This document shows positions 54,691 to 64,000 of a stretch of 64,000 nucleotides of DNA, one piece after another; within the stretch, counting starts at the first letter, position 1, and every line of letters starts with the position of its first letter. Both the position numbers and the translations under genes were made by a program. Source of the DNA: Hamiltosporidium tvaerminnensis FI-OER-3-3 (taxonomy: Eukaryota; Fungi; Microsporidia); the NCBI GenBank assembly GCA_022605425.2, contig CM061246.1:1-64000 (forward strand), in the 5' to 3' direction. The notes below the pieces were generated by a model, which saw only the letters and a list, made by a program, of their open reading frames with translations, ran no database searches and was not told where the DNA came from.

Positions 54691-55449
54691 AAATTTTGAA
54701 CTTGTTACATTTAATTTGGCTAATTATGCATGCTTCGGGTACAAAAATATGTGATAGTTCAAAATCTGTTTTATGCTTAGCAGATACATTTATTACATAT
54801 GTTTCTTTTATTGCGATTTTCTGTATTTTAAATACCTTTTGGTTTTCTTACGGCTTTATTCGACTTAATTTATATTTTTTTTATTTTTTATGCAATTAAA
54901 ATTCTTTTAGAAAACCTGATTCCGATTCAATAGATTCATAATCTTTTACGTTAAAATTAGTAGTGATATTTTTTAGAAATACTACTTTAGAACACTAGGC
55001 TCTTTTTTAATTTGAACATCTTATACTCTCTTTCACTTCCTTGAACTGAATTATAATCTTATAGCTTTCTATATAATATTTACAAAATTATACGGTCTAA
55101 ATTTACAAAAAAACTTTTCAAACTTAATATTCATATTAAAATTTATTTTTTTATCTTATTTGGCTTTTACTATTTTAAAAATTGGTATTTGATATATATT
55201 CAAACAAAATGTTACTTTTCGTTTGTATTTGCACAAAAATTCTATCTAAAATTAGAAATGTAAATTTCAATTAATTTAATTGTGTAGAATACTTTTTACT
55301 TTGGCCAAATACATCTTTTTAAATATACATCTTACTTAAGTTTTTTTTATCTATTTTCTCAAATACTCTGTCTATTCTTCAGTATTAATTCTGATATATT
55401 AAGGTAAGTTCAATTGTATTGCATATTAGCAGTAGAATTATAATGACAT

Positions 55450-58220
55450 ACTTCAAAATAAATATTTATTTTTTATATGTAATTTTAAATTTAACTATCT
55501 TTGTGTTTGTTTTCCTTTTCATAAAAATATATTTCTTAGCTAAGTCTTTATTTCAGATACATAGTTCAAATTTATTAGTTAGTTTTTTATACTAACCCTT
55601 ATACTGTATAAATAATATAGTCTTTTCATCGATATAAACCATTTCTGGTTCGTTTTTATGTTTAATTTGAATTTAATATAATTTATATGTGATAAATTTT
55701 TAATCTGTCTCTAATATAAAAATTTGCATCATATTTTGACTTTTATTTACCTTTTTTTCATCTTTAAGCTTTTTAGTTGAATTTTTTAATTTATTATTAT
55801 TTTTAGTTAAATTTTCTAACTACAGAATGGTTCTTATATTTAGTTTGTTTTTTTTTCAAATTTCATTTGTTTATATCTTTTTACTTCTTATAATTCAAAG
55901 TTTTTTATTCGAATCCACATTTCTTTTGATTGCTTAAATTTATTTTCGGATTATTCCTTTGTTACTCATTTACTAAGCTAAATTGGTTACTTATGCAAGC
56001 AGTTTTTCTACTCATAAAACAAATCTAGTTCTTTTAATCTTAAAGTTATAGAATAAAGAACCATTTTATTTTCTAATAATCTATAATTTTATCTTGTTTT
56101 ACTCAAATGCTTTTATTTTATAGTCATTTATCTTAAAATATATAAATTCATTTCAATATGTTATATTTAAAAATATAATTAAGTATTTTCTCTTCTTATA
56201 TGATTTTAAGGGGTTAACCTTAATAAGCTTATAAAATTTACTAAAATTGGAAGTTTTTGAGTGTAAGGTATTGAATGTTTTTTTTGTGTTTTTAGAATAT
56301 TTGGACTATTAAAACCTTATATCAGTATCTTAAAATAAGATTTTCTTATCTTGGTCATAGTACGTTGTGTTTAACTTTAATATGGCCGTATTAAATTTTA
56401 TGAAATCGTTTGGAAAAGCTCTCGGTATATTGTTAGAAACATTAATCATATATGGTATTTATGCGTAACTTTAGATTTCTATATAACTTGATATCATCAT
56501 CCTTTCCTTAAATTGAGCAAAATACCAGTCATCTATTATAAATGTATTGTTTATGTTAGTTAAAAAAACATAAATATATTTGAAGGAAAGATGTACATTT
56601 GAAAAGGTATTTTTATCATGTATAGAACATTTCAATGAATTAATGAGAAAAGTATACTTATTCCTCTCTTTAAATGGATTTATTTTTATAGATTTATAAG
56701 ACATTTATTTATTATTCATATGTAATACAATCCATAGGCAGTAGATTTTAACATTTAATTCTTCTCATTATATCCATATAAATAAATATTTCATTTCAGA
56801 ATATATAGCAAGAGCGAACTAAATTGAATTTTTATAGAATAAATGTATTAAATGTTTTAATTTTATAAAGTCTTTTTATTAAATCTATATACTATCATCT
56901 TAGTGCTTAGTTCGAAAGTATTGAATAAAAATAAATAGTACACTTAGAAAAACCTCTTGAAGTGATAACCTTATTTTACTTATATTACTTTCAATTGTAA
57001 CTCACATTTCAATAACTGTTTATGCATTAATTATTTGTTAATTTCAATGCGCCTGATTTATCTACCTAGGTTAATGACGATGGCTATAACTATTTTTTAA
57101 AAGGTATGTATATCTATATTATTTTGGTTTTCTTAGATTTTTCACTTTCTTTGAAGCAATACGAATTAAAATAATTTGAATAATATTTTAATTCTGATAT
57201 AAAGACAGAATAAATTGTTAATATATAGTTCAGTAAAAACCATTATAATATAACTCATTTTATAATATATATTTTGACAATTAATATAAAGCTCGAGCAA
57301 ATCTTCAAAAAATAAAGAAATGCCTATATTGGTGTGAATTAAAAGAAATGATTACATTTTGATATCTAAATATATTATAGATAGATATTAAGGTAGAAAA
57401 TTAAAAAAATAGTCTTATAATTTAATGAAACAAGTATTTGCAACTCATCAAATAAAATTTCTATGCTAGTATCTTTTGATTTATAAATTATCATATAGAA
57501 CTTATATCTGTCTAATAAAAATAAAAAAAGAAAGACAAATGGATATAAAAAATTAAATAAAGTGTGAATAGGGTTAAAGGTTAAGGCATCAGCTACGAGT
57601 GAGTTAAGACCATCTTAGTATGAAACTTCTGATTCTCCTTTATATAAATAAAAAATAAATGTATAGTAAGGCAATATAAACAAAAGTCACCATCAACATA
57701 TACATTTACTGAAAAAATCGCAACTGAATATATTTTTATCTTACACAACCTATGCTAATTTGTATTATAAAAGTACATATGTAAGAATAGTTACACGTGT
57801 CGATACTATGAACCAAAGGGTAGTGTCAAAAAACCCATCCGATCTTGATTAAAACCGGATCTACCTAAATAAGTGAATAAATTCAGTTAAAATATATTAA
57901 TAGAAAGTTATACCAATATCTTAATTAAAATACAAGAACTCTAGGATAAAGAGCCCAAATATGGGATGCAAATGCCTATTTTAAATGACTCAAGGTGAAG
58001 ATATATATCATGAAGATAAAATAATTTACTGTGATTAAAACTAAACCTTTAAAAAACCAATAACTTTTATTTATTTTTGCTGACAAAACGTTATTTTTAT
58101 CAATTATCTTGATCAATTTCTTTTAAACGTGTAAAGAACCTATCTATCCTTTATGATATATAAGTGAGGCGTAGGCTCTTAGTTAAATTGCTTTCTTTTT
58201 GAATAATTGTGTTTTTCATG
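55450..58220 (-). pseudogene. Family A paralog 5
   Basis: Minus frames FNTLHSKTSNFSKFYKLIKVNPLKSYKKRK (~56186-56275) and IPYMINVSNNIPRAFPNDFIKFNTAILKLNTTYYDQ (~56350-56458). Colinear with paralog 1 right up to the telomere junction. Confidence 0.8.
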
Positions 58221-59048
58221 TTGAAACAAATGCTACTGTAACATTCGGGAAGGCCTTTATCTTAACATAATTGATCGGTCAATCCTTAAAGAGGCAGAAA
58301 AATCTATTGTTAATTGTTGATGATCCAATAACACTCTCTATATCTCGCACGAAGCCAAAGGGAACTTTAAAATAAGAAAAACAAGAGAAGTAATGAATAA
58401 TAGGAACAAACTTAAGGTTAAGATTAAAACGCTTATGGAAAGAATAATACGGTACCGGAAGACACATAGTAACCATCAAGAAATAAACACAAGAAATAAT
58501 AACTAAAGATAACAAAAATGAAAGAAAACAAAGGAATAAAGAAGAGAGGCCAATCATTTTGAATAGTGAGCAAATAAAGCAGATAATAATCGGAAAGTTT
58601 CTCTTTAAATAATAGCAGATACATATTTCTCTGGTTTACAAATATTTTTACCAATACTGTGAAATTTTATAAATTGGCAGTGGACAGCCTAGAACCTGGC
58701 ACATCTAAGCATATCATTAACATAGACTTCATTAACATTAACACTGCCGAGGTGATATACCAAGAAGAAAAAAATGTAATCATAAGAACCTTAACGAAGC
58801 TGCCTGCCAAAGAAATGATGAACTCCCCAGAAGTAAATCAGAGCGGAGTATCTAATGCGTATAATTTCAAGAACAGATGCGCAAGATTAAAAACTGATCT
58901 AGAAATAACAATAATCGTCTTATTAAATTGGTGATTAAACTGATACAATGTCGGGTAAGAGACTTTCTGGGTATGTTAGAAATGCTTGAAATTCGGTCCA
59001 AATAAGTTAAGGAAGAAAATTCATCCGAAATCAACTAAAATATAACAT

Positions 59049-61910
59049 ATGGATTTTAAATTAGGTTATATTAACCTAGAAGGCTTATCAACAATTAAAA
59101 TTACTAAAACTCATAGCTTACTACGATTAAAAAAGCTAGATATCTTAGGTGTTATAGAGACATGGCATGATGAAATAAATTTTCTGGATGCAACCAAAAG
59201 ATTCTGGCAAAAAAGCAATCAATAAGAGTAGACAAAAGGTATTCTAACAAAAGAGAAATAATAGTTATAACGCGGAAAACATTAAGAGAGGTGATTGAAG
59301 AGATTACGGATTTTGGAATTTCAATAAAATACGATAACAATCTACTTGTTTTGATTTAGTGAAACCTTTCTAGCAATGATCGTAATATATTAAAACCTGC
59401 AATACATGAGTTCACAAATCAAAAAATAATAATACTTGGAGATTATAACCTCGAGCAAACTCGTGAATTGGAAGACAAAGTTTTGAATAATCATATGAAC
59501 TATGGTCTATACGAATTATATCTCTATGCAAACACATACAAACATCAGAACAAAATATCTTCACCTGATAAAATTTTTTCTAACACCCCAATAAGAACTG
59601 ATGGTATAGAAATTATAACAATAAACCATAAATTGATAATAGCAGAGACCTTTGAATTGTCTACTTCAGCTATTCCCGGGTATAAAATAAATCTAATAAA
59701 AGATAACAAAATAAGAAGTAAAATAACAAAGAGAATTGAAAAACTTGTTACAAAAAATAAAGTTATATTGCAAAACCTAAATATTGAGGAGAGATGTAAC
59801 TTCCCACACCATATATTACTGAATGCCACGAGAATAATTCGGATCGTAAATAAGAAAACAAAAAGAGGTAATCCAATAATTCAACACACAAGACAACAAC
59901 GAGAAGCCACAGAAACATACACACTGAAACTTATAAGAAACTACGCTCTGACGTTAAAAAATTAAGAAGAAACTTTTTGAGGAAGAAATGCCCTTGCGTA
60001 ACTTAAAACATGTTGGTTTAGAAGCATGCGAAGTGGAAAAAATAATAAATCTCCACGGAAAGGCTCAACCGAGAACAAATCTTTACCCTAAAGACTTGAT
60101 AGACAAATTTGTTCTAGATGGAAGGTACAATAAAGTAGAAAACACAATACAGGAAATTGAAGATTACTACAGTAAAAAGATTTAAAAAGGAGAATTTCGT
60201 GAAAACAACATAACAGAGATCACGCTAGAAGAAGTTCTTAATAATATTAAAAGTCTTAAATTAGGCAAATCGGAGGAATATCGGGTATAAGGAATGAATT
60301 TCTTTAAATATGCCCTAAAAACTTTGTTTCCGAACTTACAGATTTATTCAATAAGATTTTAGTAGATCAATGAATTCCATCGTCATGGAAATTTCATCGA
60401 ATACAACCGGTACCGAAAGGAAACGAAAACTTCAGGCCCATCGCTTATTGAAGAAACAAAAAAACTTTTGAAAAAATCATTTTAAGCAAATTTGATGTAC
60501 ATCTTCATAAGCAACAGGCTGGTTTTAAGACAGGACATTCATCACTTAACCCCGCGCTTGCACTCGACACACTCTTAAGACATAGCAACGGCAATATGAT
60601 AAATGTAACACTCTACATTAAGAAAGCTTATGATTCAGTTGACAGAAATAAACTTTACTGGAAACTAATAAAACTGCAAAAATTTTCTATCAGAGACACA
60701 AAACTTATAGCTCACCTTATAGAGAATAACAAATACACTCTGTGCTCAAACAAAGCCACATCATTAGTAAAGACTGCATCAATAGGACCACCAAAGGGTA
60801 GCATTATTTCACCAAAATTGTTTAATATATTTATTGATGATATAATTCACTTTATACAGAAAAGATTTAGACATATGGTATTCCTATATGCTGACGATAT
60901 TCTAATATGGCCCACCAACGGTCCAAATTGCCCAAAATATCATATTAGGAATGGAAAGGCACTCAACGATTAATAATTACAGATTCAATCCGGATAAATG
61001 TTACTACAATACAACAAAAGATATCAGTATCAAAGTATACAACACTAATTTTACAAAACAGAGCCCTTAAAATACTTATGTTTCTTTTTTATAAATAGAG
61101 GGGCAGGAGTGTCCAAATCGACCAAGATCATAAAACAGAAAGCTGTTAGGGCTGCGGTAATAATGAATAAAGTCATGACAAAGAGCATATTTTACAGAGA
61201 AGAAAATAAATACAGAATGAAACTAAAAGGATATACTACGTTTGTGAGACCATACATTGATTACTTTTCGCAACTATTAGGCTTTCAAAAAACCTTTCTT
61301 GATCAGAAAGATAGAATTTAGAAAGGTATAATAAAAACCTATTTAAGATTTACTATCGAACACCCTCAAAATTTACGCACTTTTTCCAATAGAAAATGCT
61401 TATCAAAGAGCAATGTGATTGAGGTACAATATCGCGTATAAACTAAAAAGAGCAAAAAACACAACTATTAGAAAACTATACTTTAGGTTTAACTCAAAGA
61501 ACCTGAAAACCCTGAAAAACAATTATGTCAGAGACCAGAAAATTTACAAAAATGAAAGCTTATAGACTAAATTCAAGAGAATTTTAAAAGAAAAATTAAG
61601 GTTAAACTTCAGAACATTTAGTTGGAGTAACACACTAAAAAAATACAATTTCCAAAAATGCACCTAAGATGAATTCTCACAGATTTTAAATGTTATACAA
61701 ACAGAATACAAAAGAAGAGATCTTGGTGATATTTTATTAAAATTTATCTTGATATACATAAGCCTCCCACATTATAATGAAACAAATGACTATGGCCTAG
61801 TTAACCTAAAACACACAAAAAAAAATCAAAAACAAAAGGCGGGGAGCCAGAAATGAACGATACCGCCATATTTAAATATTTGGCTAGATTTACACTGCGA
61901 GAAGAGATGA
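59049..61910 (+). pseudogene. ORF2 of element A (AP endonuclease + reverse transcriptase), multiply frameshifted
   Basis: ORF fragments 59468-59965, 59988-60185, 60596-60973 and 61109-61321 are pieces of one APE-RT frame. No RNase H or C-terminal CCHC recognised. Confidence 0.88.
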
Positions 61911-62376
61911 GGGACTATTAACGAGCGCGAGTTGGCCATTGGAGTTAGCCCCCCCCCCCCCAAAGACACAGTTGCATTAAAGGGGGTCTTATTGCATATA
62001 GGAGCGCGGATCATTAACACTCTTTATGTAAGGGCTACAACAGTAAGAGATAAGTCAATCCTAAAGGGGTGATACTTTTATTATAAACTAGCAGTGAGCA
62101 TAAAAGATGATGGGGACTGACGAGTAGATAAAGGATGTTGTTTTCTTGCCTATTTAGGATTATGTATGATGATCGTTAGGGAGTTTTAGATTGATTGAAT
62201 ATAGCCTGAGCCTAAAAGAAGTTAATTCCTGCAGGATAAAGTATGACAATAGGACCCCCTTGTTTGATATATAACATAGTCATCGGGTGGCCTTAAGGCT
62301 AGGAGAGTAGTTCAGTTAGTTTAAGACGTGTTAATAGAGACCCTAAAACTCTATAGTAAAGGTTAGGGTTAATCAT

Positions 62377-62435
62377 TTCTAGAACTTTCTAGAAACATAA
62401 AAATATTTAAATAAAATTTCTTTTTCCTAGCCTAA
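62377..62435 (+). other. Conserved LINE 3'-terminal module (hairpin or HSE-like palindrome, AATAAA, pyrimidine tract, telomere-like tail); second copy at 63298-63354
   Basis: TTCTAGAA-CT-TTCTAGAA versus TTCTGAAA-TT-TTTCAGAA; 22 identical nt TAAAAATATTTAAATAAAATTT; tails CCTAGCCTAA and CCTAACCCT. Confidence 0.75.
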
Positions 62436-63354
62436 TACGGTAATAATAACCTGCAATATTATCAATTAAGGTTAAGAATGTATACTAAATTTATACGCCC
62501 TCATATAGATTATTATACCAGCTGCTCGGTTGTAATAAAAAGTTTAATGAAGGCACTGATAGGATACAAAAAGGCATAATAAAATATCTATATAAAATTT
62601 ATTTCAAAACGCCAACGAAGATCTTATACGCATTATTTCGCTTGGAAAATACAAAGCAAATAGCGGATAGACTCAGGAGCAATGTTGCTTATATGATCAT
62701 ACACACAAGAAAAACACTTTAAGATGGATATTCAAAACGAATAAATCCAAAATATAAAAAATTTAAAGAAAAATTACAAGTATATCAAGAATATGGTTCA
62801 GGGAAATGAATTTAAAGCCAAATATAATAGATGGCAAAAAGAAAATTTGCGTCTTAATTCCCATATCTTTAACTCTTTCGAGAATCTAAGGCAGTACAAA
62901 TCCAAAAGGATTCCAACAACAATATTTAAAACTTTTTTAGATATTATTATTCCAGAACATAAAAGAGAAAATATAATTGAAATTTTAGTAAAATTTATTC
63001 AGCATAATATAGATCACCCTAACTTAGCGGGGTTTTTATTGGCCTTATTAATCCACAAGATACGAATTAGCAGGTACGTTAAGGCAGGATTCCCACAAGG
63101 GACGTTACTGCCATATTTAAAAATTTTTTACCAGATAATATTTTAAAGCTGATTAGGTTAAGAAGATGCCAATGAAACAAGACAATCTGGAACCTCAAGG
63201 AATTCCATATGAGGCTTCGTGAAAGTATAAGGGCAGATGAAACTGTAGTAACGGGTGTTATTAATGATACCAGGAGGAGGGGTTAATTGTGTGTAAATTC
63301 TGAAATTTTTCAGAACTTAAAAATATTTAAATAAAATTTTCTTTTCCTAACCCT
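62436..63354 (+). mobile_element. Element B: 5'-truncated, diverged relative of element A (ORF2 C-terminus and 3' UTR)
   Basis: RLRMYTKFIRPHIDYY..LLGCNKKFNEGTDRIQKGIIK aligns with A's KLKGYTTFVRPYIDYFSQLLGFQKTFLDQKDRI*KGIIK. The C-terminal KAG...T..PYL.I is shared, as is the terminal module. Confidence 0.85.
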
Positions 63355-64000
63355 TAAATTCCATTTCAGACAAAAACACCAAAAACAATAAAGAAAAACA
63401 AATGACAAACCAACAACTCGAAGAATAGTACACGAAAGAACAGTGACAGAAAACAAGACAAATTATTCAACGTGCGTTGGATGCAAGACTACATTAAAAA
63501 GCACAATCATACATCCTCAGAAGACGACAAAGACCGCAGATACAGGTATAGAGGGCCATAATAGGATCAGAATCATAAATAAGGAAACGGGGGGTAATAA
63601 CAAGGAAACAACAACAGATCTATCAGGTAATAGCCAGCCTGGTAATACAAGGATACCTTCTAAGGAACATAGTGAGACATAATCTGATCAGATAACATCT
63701 ACATGTAACTCAAGTTTGACAGCAGATCAAGAAAAAAAGTCGAAAATATCAAGGTCTCCAGAAACAATAAGGCTTTCATGGATATCAAAGCTGTCACCCC
63801 ATCCTTTTTTTCAAGACATATAAATAATACTCAAGAACACATTGTCTAAGACACGGGAGAAATAAATTTAAGCTTCTGATTAAGAATGAAAGCAGTGAAG
63901 ATGATAATACAGAAAAAAAGAGTAGGGCAATAAATGACAATAATGAAGAGGAAAAGAACAAGGTAGTGGAAGGAGATAAAAACATCCTAAACACCAAATG
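63355..64000 (+). mobile_element. Element C: probable ORF1-like 5' region of a third LINE, running out of the window
   Basis: Same strong A-rich + strand skew as element A. ATG at 63402, low-complexity hydrophilic peptide, and NKFKLL (~63861) resembling the NRFxxL motif of LINE ORF1s. No catalytic domain visible. Confidence 0.5.

Larger units (their letters stand above)
58240..62435 (+). mobile_element. Degenerate APE-RT non-LTR retrotransposon (element A): ORF1 remnant, ORF2 and ~0.5 kb 3' UTR
   Basis: ORF1 knuckle C*KCLKFGP (58974-59000). APE motifs MDFKLGYINLEGL..DILGVIETW (from 59049), ILGDYN (~59432), SPDKIF, NH. RT motifs PSSWK..IQPVPKG..FRPIA, QQAGF, IKKAYDSVDR, GPPKGSIISPKLFNIFIDD, LYADD. 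The 5' boundary is approximate. Confidence 0.9.

Noticed and set aside
3340-58220. Alternative genetic code (TAA/TAG = Gln) explaining the lack of ORFs
   Set aside because: The young RT ORF has no in-frame TAR over ~790 codons and ends at TAA with no TGA before the element end. In the paralogs, stops also align with TAC, GAA and AGA, and frameshifts are frequent.
62117-62124. CTGACGAG as a hammerhead ribozyme core
   Set aside because: No stem II followed by GAAA and no flanking stems were found.
1-64000. CRISPR array, subtelomeric rDNA unit, tRNAs, telomerase RNA
   Set aside because: No repeat-spacer array, conserved rRNA motif or cloverleaf was recognised. The 54.4 kb island lacks a CUAACCCU template.

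Overview
Left end of a very AT-rich eukaryotic chromosome. A large-genome microsporidian such as Hamiltosporidium is plausible, but this is inference from composition and transposon content only. The window opens with about 140 (CCCTAA) telomeric repeats (1-846) joined directly to the middle of a decayed multicopy gene. I find no intact host gene and no recognisable rRNA or tRNA gene in 64 kb. The content is: (i) two copies of one R4/Dong-like RLE non-LTR retrotransposon, a recent 5'-truncated copy with a perfect 15-bp TSD at 915-3324 and a full-length copy at 32709-36230 showing a 5'->3' gradient of purine-biased deletions; (ii) five pseudogenised paralogs of a 2-3 kb minus-strand gene family plus other decayed families; (iii) two or three old Ty3/gypsy relics; (iv) a head-to-tail array of APE-RT LINEs at 58.2-64 kb. 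These LINEs end not in poly(A) but in a conserved module of covarying hairpin, AATAAA, pyrimidine tract and CCTAACCCT-like telomeric sequence, and their 5' ends face the telomere. A solo copy of the module lies at 6.4 kb. This candidate telomere-primed retrotransposon family (analogous in layout to HeT-A/TART) is the most interesting system here. A strongly self-complementary 310-nt island at 54.4-54.7 kb is an unexplained ncRNA or MITE candidate. All alignments were done by eye, so pseudogene and relic boundaries are approximate.
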